A stretch of 64,000 nucleotides of DNA from NCBI GenBank assembly GCA_034521595.1, contig JAXHMG010000003.1, positions 2,656,001 to 2,720,000 of the forward strand, given 5' to 3'. Below are positions 52,165 through 60,209 of the stretch, one piece after another. The notes below the pieces were generated by a model. It searched no databases. It saw nothing but the letters and a program-made list of their open reading frames with translations, and was not told where the DNA came from. The position numbers were made by a program, and so were the translations under genes. Numbering within the stretch: position 1 is the first letter of the stretch; every line of letters starts with the position of its first letter. Origin of the DNA: Gemmatimonadota bacterium. Its GTDB lineage: Bacteria > Gemmatimonadota > Gemmatimonadetes > Longimicrobiales > Gaopeijiaceae.

Positions 52165-52614
52165 TCATTCCACGACCATGGACTCCGCGATCAGCACCAA
52201 GCGCTCCACCGCGACTTCATGACCGGTGGCGTCGAGCTCGGGGCCTTCCATGGCAGTTGGCAAGGCATTCACGAGCCGCCAGGTCTGCACGACACCACTG
52301 CGGTCCTCGGCCAGGAGCTGGATGAGGACCGTCCGCCGGTCGGCCGAGCCGCGCAACGAGGCATCCAGCCATTCGTGCAAGATGGTGTCGCCGATGAGCC
52401 CCCTGCTCAGCGTCGCCGTGATCGGGCTCGCACGTCCGGGGATGAGCCGCGGCGCATTCGTCTTGTAATTCCCCGCACGGTATTGGAGCATCTCCACCGA
52501 CCGGTCGAGTCCGCTCACCGCGCTGAACCCCGCCTGCACCGATTCGGGGTCGAGCCCCTCGAATGACACGAGGAAGTTGAAAGAGCCATAGGGAGTTTCG
52601 CGAAGCACGGGCAT
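52165..52614 (-). CDS. Phage tail-tube protein, T4 gp19 / eCIS Afp1-like
   Basis: PYGSFNFLV...AGFSAVSGL...YRAGN...IPG...TLSRGLIG...EW...RRTVLIQL...VQTWRLVNA...GPELDATGHEVAVERLVL; 149 aa. Confidence 0.88.
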   Translation of the reverse strand: MPVLRETPYGSFNFLVSFEGLDPESVQAGFSAVSGLDRSVEMLQYRAGNYKTNAPRLIPGRASPITATLSRGLIGDTILHEWLDASLRGSADRRTVLIQLLAEDRSGVVQTWRLVNALPTAMEGPELDATGHEVAVERLVLIAESMVVE

Positions 52615-52615
52615 A

Positions 52616-53131
52616 TCAGCCTTCCTGTCGGATGAGATCGTCAAAGACCAGCTCGAGCTCCTCGAGCGCGATGTCGCCGTGAAGCGCATCGTACCGTGGG
52701 CCGGCCCACCGCAACGGCCATGCGCTGGTGATCTTCCAGGTGTACAGGGTCCGTCCCCCGGCACTTTCGAGATGCCCGATCACCACCTGCCGAATCGCGG
52801 GCTTACCGCTCAACGCTTCCCGCCGCCATTCGTAGAGGGTCCGGTCTCCGTCCAGCGCCCGGGTCAACAGGAGCCTGCCGGGACACGCCGGAGCGCTCCA
52901 CAGCACACGCTCCGGATCCCCCGGATCCTCTTTCCGGCTGAGCTCATCCACCTGCGAAGCGAGCTCGAGCCCGGAAACCCGCGTGCACGAAATCGGTATG
53001 CCGGCGATCTCGACCGTGAAATGGGCGGCCACGGTTACCGCGTCGTCCCCACCCCGCCATGGCAGCGGCGTGCGACCCCGCGGGTCCGAATGTGGCGGCT
53101 CGGGCCGGGGAGGCTCGTTCGGTAGCGTCAT
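52616..53131 (-). CDS. Second, more divergent gp19-like tail-tube protein (Afp5-like)
   Basis: HFTVEIAG...RVSGL...LLLTRALDGDRTLYEWR...TWKITSAWPLRWAGPRYDA...IALEELELVFD. Confidence 0.8.
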   Translation of the reverse strand: MTLPNEPPRPEPPHSDPRGRTPLPWRGGDDAVTVAAHFTVEIAGIPISCTRVSGLELASQVDELSRKEDPGDPERVLWSAPACPGRLLLTRALDGDRTLYEWRREALSGKPAIRQVVIGHLESAGGRTLYTWKITSAWPLRWAGPRYDALHGDIALEELELVFDDLIRQEG

Positions 53132-53376
53132 TCGTCCAGCTCATTAATTGGGCGGCGGCGAGGGTGTCCGACGGTGCGGGTCGATGAATACAGGGTTTCC
53201 GTAAGCGTCTTCCGACATCATGCTCCACACACGAGTCTGCCGCCAGGCGCCAGCTGTTCACATCCACGTCGACGGGAACCGGGCATGGCCAACAAGCTAA
53301 CCAACCTACGAGATGTCCATGCCCGCGTGCAGCCGAGACCGCACGACCTCGACCGTGCGGTTTCGGGTCCCCGGTC

Positions 53377-54132
53377 GTGACGCCCCGGCCGGTGCGCACC
53401 ATCGACGACGTCATCAGCGACCTGGACGGAGTCGTGCGCACGTGCCACGAGCGGGGGAGTCGGGCGGGCTACTTCCCCGCGCTGTACAGGCGCGTCACGG
53501 TAGAAGTGCGTGACTGGATCCGTGAGGGACGTTTCGACGACGGAGCGCGCATGGAGCGCTTGGACGTCCTCTTCGCCGACCGATATCTCGAAGCGTGGCA
53601 ACAGCGGGAACGTGGAGAACCGACGAGCCGTTCATGGGGGGTCGCGTTCGACGCGACCGAGGCCTGGTGGCCCATCGTGCTCCAGCACCTCCTGCTCGGG
53701 ATCAACGCGCACATCAATCTGGATTTGGGGATCGCCGCGGCCCGCACGGCACCGGGGGCCGACATTCACGGTCTCGGCGACGATTTCCGTCGGATCAACA
53801 ACCTGCTCGCGTCCATGATCGATGACGTCCAGAAGCGTCTAGCCGACGTTTGGCCATTGTTGCGGCTCCTCGACTGGCTCGGGGGCGACGCCGACGAGGC
53901 CACGATCCACTTCAGCATCGAGCGGGCCCGGGAAGCGGCATGGGCCCTCGCGGTTCGGCTTTCGGCGCTTCCGGAGGCGGCGTGGGCGCACGAGATCCAG
54001 ACCACCGACCGGCTCGTGGCGACGCTCGGACGGGTCGTGCGTCACCCCGGCCCGGGGCTGGGCACCGTGCTCCGGGGTGTCCGCCTCGGCGAGCTCCGCT
54101 CCCCCGAGGGGGTCATCGAGCTCCTTTCCTGA
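53377..54132 (+). CDS. DUF5995 family protein
   Basis: TIDDVISDL; GYFPALYRRVT; RMERLDVLFADRYL; LLGINAHINLDL. Confidence 0.85.
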   Translation: MTPRPVRTIDDVISDLDGVVRTCHERGSRAGYFPALYRRVTVEVRDWIREGRFDDGARMERLDVLFADRYLEAWQQRERGEPTSRSWGVAFDATEAWWPIVLQHLLLGINAHINLDLGIAAARTAPGADIHGLGDDFRRINNLLASMIDDVQKRLADVWPLLRLLDWLGGDADEATIHFSIERAREAAWALAVRLSALPEAAWAHEIQTTDRLVATLGRVVRHPGPGLGTVLRGVRLGELRSPEGVIELLS

Positions 54133-54231
54133 GGAGACGGTCCCAGCGTACCCTCCCTGCACGCACTCACCCGTCGAGGAGTCATCCCCCCGGTGTGTAC
54201 CCAACACCGGCGACTCTGCGTGTTCGCATCG

Positions 54232-55476
54232 TCAGTGGCCCAAGGCGATCCGGATCTCGTCGACCACGGTCGCTTCCGATTCCGCTTCCAGCCCGTCGGA
54301 CAGCGCGGCCAGAGCGTCCGGTGTCCCGATCTCGCCGAGGGCCCAGGCCGCGTGTTCCCGCGCGAGCGGGGCAGGGTCGGACAGCGCCGCGGTCAGCACG
54401 GGGATCGCCTCCGGCGAGCCCCAGTTCCCCAACGCAACGCAGACGTTGCGCGCGAACCCAGCCCGCCCCGCCCGGCGTATCGCCGAGGCCCGGGAGAACG
54501 ACTCCCACGCGCGCTCATCCAGGGCCGTCTCCAACAAGTCGACGAGCGGGGACGCGAGCGTGCCGGGGTGGGGCTCCGGCGGGCTCTCGGCAGTCGCCTC
54601 CACGCCCGGCGGCCGCTCGCCCGGACCCCGCGCCGCGTATCGGCCCTCCGGGTCGGGCGCGGCAAAGCGCCGGTTCCACGGACACACCTCCTGACATATG
54701 TCACACCCGAAGACACGGTTCCCGATAGCGGGCCGTAGCTCCCGGGGGATGGAACCCTGCAGCTCGATGGTCAGATACGAGATGCAGCGCCGGGCGTCCA
54801 TGACCGGAGCACCGTCTTCGTCACGGCCGAGCAACGCGCTCGTCGGGCAAGCGTCGAGGCAGGCCCGGCAGGTGCCACAGTGATCTTCGGTGAAGGCCTC
54901 GTCGGGAGGGAGGGGGATTTCGAGCAGGAGCGCCCCCAGGAAAAAGTACGAGCCGCGGCGGGGATGGATGAGCATCGTGTTCCGCCCGAACCACCCGAGG
55001 CCCGCCCGGCGGGCCAGCTCTCGCTCCAGGACGGGACCCGTGTCGACGTACACGCGCCCCGGCCTGTCCTCGCGCCGGAGACGTTCGGCGAGCCACCGCT
55101 GCAGCCGCTGGAGCTTCCGCCGCACGACGCGGTGGTAATCCGCCCCACGCGCATACCGGGCGACGACGCCGATCGCGGGATCGTCGGGTACACCGGGTGG
55201 GTCGTCAGGGAGATAGGCGTCCGCGACGACGAGCACCGATCGCACGCCGGGGAGCGACGCATGCAGAGCCTCCCGCCGGGCGATGGCGTCGGGCCGGGCA
55301 AGGTAGTCCATCGTGCCATGGTGGCCCCGCTCCAGCCAGCGCCGGTAGAAGGCCCCGTGCTCGCTGTCCTTGGCCTCCGCGATACCGGCGCGGTCGAAGC
55401 CCACCCGAACGGCTTCGGCCTTGAGGTCTTCGGCGAGCCCGGCGTCGCCGGAACGCTCCGGATCCCACGCGCTCAC
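54232..55476 (-). CDS. queG: Epoxyqueuosine reductase
   Basis: HGTMDYL; VARYARGADYH; VDTGPVLERELARRAGLGW; CGTCRACLDACPT; CISY; GCDICQEVCPWN; HEAT repeats. Confidence 0.95.
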   Translation of the reverse strand: MSAWDPERSGDAGLAEDLKAEAVRVGFDRAGIAEAKDSEHGAFYRRWLERGHHGTMDYLARPDAIARREALHASLPGVRSVLVVADAYLPDDPPGVPDDPAIGVVARYARGADYHRVVRRKLQRLQRWLAERLRREDRPGRVYVDTGPVLERELARRAGLGWFGRNTMLIHPRRGSYFFLGALLLEIPLPPDEAFTEDHCGTCRACLDACPTSALLGRDEDGAPVMDARRCISYLTIELQGSIPRELRPAIGNRVFGCDICQEVCPWNRRFAAPDPEGRYAARGPGERPPGVEATAESPPEPHPGTLASPLVDLLETALDERAWESFSRASAIRRAGRAGFARNVCVALGNWGSPEAIPVLTAALSDPAPLAREHAAWALGEIGTPDALAALSDGLEAESEATVVDEIRIALGH

Positions 55477-56711
55477 CGTCGATCTCCGGCTGCCGGCACG
55501 CGGTAGGCGCGCCCTTTCCAGCGCACGTTCCGCCCGCGCACCCAGGAGCGCAGGAAGATGTAGCTGGTGAGCACCGCACCGAGGGGATAGAGCAGGCCGT
55601 ACCGCGCCCCAGCGCCCATCCGCAGGGAGAAGTACCCGAACTGGGCCACGCTGGCGGAAACAGCCAAGGCCGCCCACGTGAGCGATACGGTGGGCTCGAG
55701 ACCGCCGAGTAGCAGGGGCCGGCCCGTGAGCACCTCCGTGCCTGCCAGAAGAAGCACGGCGGGAGGCACGAGCCAGAGGAGCGCCCCCAGCACCAATGCG
55801 ACCGGCGGAACGAGGGGACGCGCCCACCGGGGGAAGCTCTGTTGTCCCCCGAGGACGAGGTTCTTCGACCAACCGTCGATGAGCTCCCGGAGCGATCGGT
55901 ACATGCGCGTCTCCAACGCGTCTTCCGCCCCCCGGACCCGGAGCCGCATGCCGGCCCGCTTTACGTGCTGCGCCAGAGCCAGGTCCTCCACGACCTCGTC
56001 CCGGACGACCTCGTGCCCTCCCACACGCGCATACGCCTCCCTCGGCATCATGATGAACTGCCCGTTCGCGATCGCGTCCCGCCACCGGTCGTTCGCCACG
56101 GTGCGCTCGAAGTCCGGGAAACGGAAGAGCATGCCCAGAAACACGTGGGGTTGGAGGAGGCGCTCCCAGAAGGTGTCCATCCGTTGCCGTCCGACGAGGG
56201 TGAGCAGGTCGGCGCGCTCCTGCCGCAGACCCGTGAGAGCTCTTTCGAGCAAACGAGGTCCGTGCACCGTATCCGCGTCGGTGAAAAGAAGGACCTCACC
56301 CCGCGCGGCCCTCGCGCCTTGATGGCACGCCCAGGGCTTTCCGAGCCAGCCCTCGGGAAGGGTCGCTCCTTCGACGACGGTCAATCGGTGGGCAGCTCCG
56401 GCGGCGGTCGCCCGCGCGACCTCTCCCGTACCGTCTTCGCTACGATCGTCGACCACCACGACCTCGAAATTCGGATATCGGGACGCCGTGAGCGAGGCGA
56501 GACACGCCCGGATGTTGTGCGCCTCGTTCCGGGCGGGAACGACAACGGTGACCAAAGGCCAATACGGCTCGTCCGGTCGTTCGTGCTCCCCGCGGACGAT
56601 CGGGCGCTCTCCCTCGCCCGCCACGGGAAGCGAAGACGGAAAGCGGACCCCGAACCGGACGAACGCCAGGCAGGCCAACCAGGGCAACGCCAGGGCCAAC
56701 GCGACGATCAT
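55473..56711 (-). CDS. Family 2 glycosyltransferase (carotenoid/hopanoid GT-like), membrane-bound
   Basis: VVPARNE; VDDRSEDGT; GWLGKPWAC; FTDAD; ANGQF; VEDLALA; WKGR. Confidence 0.9.
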   Translation of the reverse strand: MIVALALALPWLACLAFVRFGVRFPSSLPVAGEGERPIVRGEHERPDEPYWPLVTVVVPARNEAHNIRACLASLTASRYPNFEVVVVDDRSEDGTGEVARATAAGAAHRLTVVEGATLPEGWLGKPWACHQGARAARGEVLLFTDADTVHGPRLLERALTGLRQERADLLTLVGRQRMDTFWERLLQPHVFLGMLFRFPDFERTVANDRWRDAIANGQFIMMPREAYARVGGHEVVRDEVVEDLALAQHVKRAGMRLRVRGAEDALETRMYRSLRELIDGWSKNLVLGGQQSFPRWARPLVPPVALVLGALLWLVPPAVLLLAGTEVLTGRPLLLGGLEPTVSLTWAALAVSASVAQFGYFSLRMGAGARYGLLYPLGAVLTSYIFLRSWVRGRNVRWKGRAYRVPAAGDRR

Positions 56712-57067
56712 TCCGGCCCGCTGTCACGGCCCGACTGCGAATCCCCGTCGATCTTCGGTGTCCACCGATCCGAGTCGCGCTCACGGTATTTCTCCAGCAC
56801 CTGCTCCAGCGACTCTCCGAGATCGATGTCCTGTTGGTTCGCCATCGCGAGGAGCACGAACAGCACGTCGGCCATCTCGAGCGCCAAGTCCTGCTCGGCC
56901 TCCTCGTCCTTCTTGATCTTGTGCCCGAATCGGTGGTTCATCTCCCGTGCGAGCTCACCCACCTCTTCGATGAGGCGGGCCAGGTTCGTGAGGGGCGGCC
57001 AGTAACCTTCCTCGAACCGGGAGATCCAGGCGTCGACCCGGGCCTGGGCTTCGGAGAGCTCCATCAC
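56708..57067 (-). CDS. MazG-like nucleotide pyrophosphohydrolase (YpjD-like)
   Basis: QARVDAWI; PLTNLARLIEEVGELARE; EMADVLFVL. Confidence 0.9.
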   Translation of the reverse strand: MMELSEAQARVDAWISRFEEGYWPPLTNLARLIEEVGELAREMNHRFGHKIKKDEEAEQDLALEMADVLFVLLAMANQQDIDLGESLEQVLEKYRERDSDRWTPKIDGDSQSGRDSGPE

Positions 57068-58107
57068 GGCTCCAAAACGATCTTGCCGAACACGCCGCCG
57101 CCTTCGAGCAGCTCGTGAGCGCGGCGCGCTTCCGCAAGCGGCAGGGTCTCGTGAATGACGGGCTGTAGAGCTCCCGAGAAGACCATCCGCATGACCCGCC
57201 GGAACTCGCCCGGCGTGCCCATCGTGCTCCCAAGAATAGAAAGTTGTTTCCAGAATATCAATCTAATATCCGAGACCCCCTTAGGACCCGTGGTGGCACC
57301 CGACGTCACGAGACGGCCACCCACGGCCAGAGACCGGAGACATTGCTCCCAGACGGCCTCTCCGGCCGTGTCGTAGACGAGGTGAACGCCACGCTTTCCG
57401 GTCTCCCGCCAAACCTCGCGCGAAAAGTCCACGTCGGTGCGATCGTATACCCGGTGGGCTCCCATCGCTTCGATGCGCTCGACGTTCTCGGTGCCGCTCG
57501 TCACCGCGTAGACCTCTGCGCCCGCCGCTACGGCGATGGACACCGAAGCCGTCCCGACCCCCCCGGACGCCCCCGTGACCAACACCCGCTCGCCAGCGCG
57601 CAGCGCCCCCCTCGTGATGAGGGCGCGCCAAGCGGTGACGAAGGACAGTCCCGCCGCGGCCGCCTTCGCCGACGGCACGCCCTCGGGAATCTCGAGGAGG
57701 TTGGCGGCGGGAACGACCACATACTCCGCAAAGCCGCCCTGCGTGTGCTCTCCCAGAATATGAAAAGCAGATTCTAGAATCGACTCTCCACGATCCTCGG
57801 CCTCGTACCACTGGTATCCGACCGACGGATCGACGACCACACGCGTTCCCAGGGGCACCCCTTCGACGCCCGCGCCGACGGACTCCACCGTCCCCACGAT
57901 GTCCGATCCCCCGATGTGGGGCATCGGCGTCTCGATGGGCAGCCCCCTCCGCACCCACAGATCCAGATGGTTCATGGCCGCCGCCTCGACCTGAAGCCGA
58001 ACCTCGCCCGGCGCCGGATCGGGGACTGCGACGTCGTCACGGACCTTCACGACCTCCGGTCCACCGAACTCTGAAAAAACGGCGGCACGCATCGTCTGGG
58101 GCATCAT
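57064..58107 (-). CDS. MDR-family dehydrogenase / NADPH:quinone oxidoreductase
   Basis: MRAAVFSEFGGPEV; NHLDLWVRRG; PHIGGSD; GGFAEY; GASGGVG; GSTMG; GKIVL. Confidence 0.9.
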   Translation of the reverse strand: MMPQTMRAAVFSEFGGPEVVKVRDDVAVPDPAPGEVRLQVEAAAMNHLDLWVRRGLPIETPMPHIGGSDIVGTVESVGAGVEGVPLGTRVVVDPSVGYQWYEAEDRGESILESAFHILGEHTQGGFAEYVVVPAANLLEIPEGVPSAKAAAAGLSFVTAWRALITRGALRAGERVLVTGASGGVGTASVSIAVAAGAEVYAVTSGTENVERIEAMGAHRVYDRTDVDFSREVWRETGKRGVHLVYDTAGEAVWEQCLRSLAVGGRLVTSGATTGPKGVSDIRLIFWKQLSILGSTMGTPGEFRRVMRMVFSGALQPVIHETLPLAEARRAHELLEGGGVFGKIVLEP

Positions 58108-58244
58108 TCCTGACCTGTGGGAGTGGGTGCAACGAGCCTGACCCCGGAGCGCGGGGACCGCGACCCATCTCGAGCCTCCGCGGTCGCGCTCCTCGAAGTG
58201 TAGTGCACTGTACCCCGGCGCCGGTAGGCGCGAAAATGTATCCC

Positions 58245-58610
58245 ATGAGCAACGACGGAGCCGACTCACCGGAACCGACACCCGAATACCTCGACGACTC
58301 GACCCTCGGAGGGTACTTCGAGACACACGATCGCCCACCCGCCTTCGAGGGGTCCGACGGTCTCCCGTACACCGTCTCGATCGAGATCGAACGAACCGGC
58401 GATCTCCGGCTGCCGTACTGCGGGTACCTGGTCTTTCCCCGATGGGCGGAGACGGGGGTAGGCATCATTGGACACGTGGAAACCGAGACCCTGAGCGAGG
58501 GGCGAAGCGAGGGCGATGTTCGGACAACCCTCGACGCGCTCACGCTTTACGACGTGCAGGATCTCCTCGAACGAGCCATCGCCGCGCGAGAGAGTGACGT
58601 CGATGACTGA
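58245..58610 (+). CDS. Hypothetical protein upstream of queE
   Basis: Coding-like composition; overlaps the queE start by 8 nt. Confidence 0.7.
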   Translation: MSNDGADSPEPTPEYLDDSTLGGYFETHDRPPAFEGSDGLPYTVSIEIERTGDLRLPYCGYLVFPRWAETGVGIIGHVETETLSEGRSEGDVRTTLDALTLYDVQDLLERAIAARESDVDD

Positions 58611-59268
58611 ATTCCTGCGGATCACCGAGATCTTTCATTCGATCCAAGGTGAGTCGACCTGGGCGGGGCTTCCGTGCACCTTCGTGCGCCTCACCGGGTG
58701 TCCGCTCCGCTGCTCATGGTGCGATACCGAGTACGCATTCCACGGTGGTGAGCGTCGTACGTTCGCATCGGTGCTCGAAGAGGTGGCCAAACACCCCACC
58801 TCGCTCGTCGAGATCACCGGAGGGGAGCCCCTCGCGCACCCGGGCTCCTTCCGGCTCGCCGAGGCCCTGCTGGCGCAAGGGTACACGGTCCTCGTCGAGA
58901 CATCGGGCGCGTTCGACGTCTCCGCTCTCGATCCTCGGGTCCACAAGATCATGGACCTCAAGTGTCCCGGCTCGGGGGAATCATCCCGAAACCTGTGGTC
59001 GAACCTGGAGCACCTCACGGGCCGAGACGAGATCAAGTTCGTGGTCTCCGACCGCGCGGACTACGAGTGGGCGCGATCCACCATCCGGGAGCGAGGCCTG
59101 GACGCTCGCGTCCATGAAGGACAATTGCGGGCTCTGCTGATCTCCCCCGTGTGGGACGCCGTCGACCTCGAAGGCTTGGCCGGATGGATCCTGGAGGACG
59201 GTCTTCCCGTCCGCTTCCAACTACAACTCCACAAGCTCATCTGGGGCGCCGACCGCATCGGAGTCTGA
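58603..59268 (+). CDS. queE: 7-carboxy-7-deazaguanine synthase (radical SAM)
   Basis: EIFHSIQGE; FVRLTGCPLRCSWCDT; TGGEP; ETSG; QLHKLIW. Confidence 0.93.
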   Translation: MTEFLRITEIFHSIQGESTWAGLPCTFVRLTGCPLRCSWCDTEYAFHGGERRTFASVLEEVAKHPTSLVEITGGEPLAHPGSFRLAEALLAQGYTVLVETSGAFDVSALDPRVHKIMDLKCPGSGESSRNLWSNLEHLTGRDEIKFVVSDRADYEWARSTIRERGLDARVHEGQLRALLISPVWDAVDLEGLAGWILEDGLPVRFQLQLHKLIWGADRIGV

Positions 59269-59273
59269 CCTTC

Positions 59274-59900
59274 GTGTCACAGGGTCCTCTCGAAACCGAC
59301 CCCCGCTTCTGGGTGCTCAGCGAAGCCCTCGCCTCGTACGCCGGGGACGACGACGACCCGCTCCTTTTCGACGAGGCGTACCTCCAGGCCGCGGTGGCTC
59401 TCGTCCTCCGCGCGCGCACCGACCTCGAGGTGCTGCTGATCAAGCGAGCCCAGTCCGAGCGCGACCCCTGGTCGGGACACATGGCGCTCCCCGGAGGGCG
59501 CCGCGACGACGACGACGACGACCTGCTCACGACCGCCGTCCGTGAAACCATGGAAGAGACCGCTGTCGATCTCGACCGAAACGGACGGATCCTCGGGCGA
59601 CTCGACGTCGTCGCACCCTCGAGTCCGCGCCTACCCAAGCTCACCATATCGCCGTTCGTGTTCGGAGTCCGAGCCGACGTGCCCGCTCACGTGGCCAGCC
59701 ACGAGATCGAGCAGGTGTACTGGGTTTCGGTAGATGAATTGCGGGATCCGGCCACGCACACGACGATAGAGATTTCCCTCCCCGGCGGCACTCGTCCCTT
59801 CCCGTGCTACGCAGTAGCCGGAGAGATCGTCTGGGGACTCACCCACCGCATCCTCCGCCAGTTCCTCCGCGTCTCCCCCGAGCTCGACCTCAACCCCTAG
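59274..59900 (+). CDS. Nudix hydrolase, CoA pyrophosphatase-like
   Basis: AAVALVL; LLIKRA; DPWSGHMALPGG...RETMEE; IVWGLT. Confidence 0.9.
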   Translation: MSQGPLETDPRFWVLSEALASYAGDDDDPLLFDEAYLQAAVALVLRARTDLEVLLIKRAQSERDPWSGHMALPGGRRDDDDDDLLTTAVRETMEETAVDLDRNGRILGRLDVVAPSSPRLPKLTISPFVFGVRADVPAHVASHEIEQVYWVSVDELRDPATHTTIEISLPGGTRPFPCYAVAGEIVWGLTHRILRQFLRVSPELDLNP

Positions 59901-59912
59901 CACCCCCCACCC

Positions 59913-60207
59913 CACCGTGACGGTGGAGGCCTCGGAGCCATGGTCTCTGGCGAGCGAGGGCTTGGATGCAACGCATCCGAGCGAAGCGGCCTAGCCTCCT
60001 TACCGTGACGGTGGATGGCCTCGGGGCCGCAGCCTCGACCGAGCGAGGGCTTGGATGCCCACATCCAAGCGAAGCGGCCCCTGCTCCCCCCACCGTGACG
60101 GTGGAGGCCTCGGGGCCAAGACCTCTGACGAGCGAGGGCTTGGATGCGAAGCATCCGAGCGAAGCGGCCCGAGTCCGGCAGAGGTCTTGGCCCCGAGGCC
60201 CCCCACC
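59913..60207. repeat. Three tandem ~89-bp structured repeat units ending in a 22-bp inverted repeat (REP/REPIN/MITE-like)
   Basis: Units start at 59913, 60001 and 60091 (ACCGTGACGGTGGA...GAGCGAGGGCTTGGATGC...CATCCRAGCGAAGCGGCC); 60106-60127 is the reverse complement of 60179-60200. Confidence 0.9.
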
Positions 60208-60209
60208 AC

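Noticed and set aside
52165-53131. Prophage
   Set aside because: No integrase, capsid, terminase, portal, lysis genes or att-like repeats recognised; flanking genes are ordinary cellular genes
57228-57290. dif site, Fur box or parS as the explanation for the AT-rich patch
   Set aside because: No TTATGTTAAAT-like XerD arm, no 19-bp Fur dyad and no TGTTTCACGTGAAACA-like palindrome
58108-58244. preQ1 riboswitch upstream of the queE operon
   Set aside because: No preQ1-I type stem-loop with A-rich tail recognised; only a generic GC-rich hairpin
59505-59522. (GAC)6 repeat in the Nudix gene as a phase-variable tract
   Set aside because: In-frame poly-Asp that keeps the normal spacing before the RExxEE Nudix motif
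59913-60207. Possible CRISPR array
   Set aside because: The conserved part is ~79 bp with only ~10 bp of variable linker, there are no unique 30-40 bp spacers, and no cas genes are in the window
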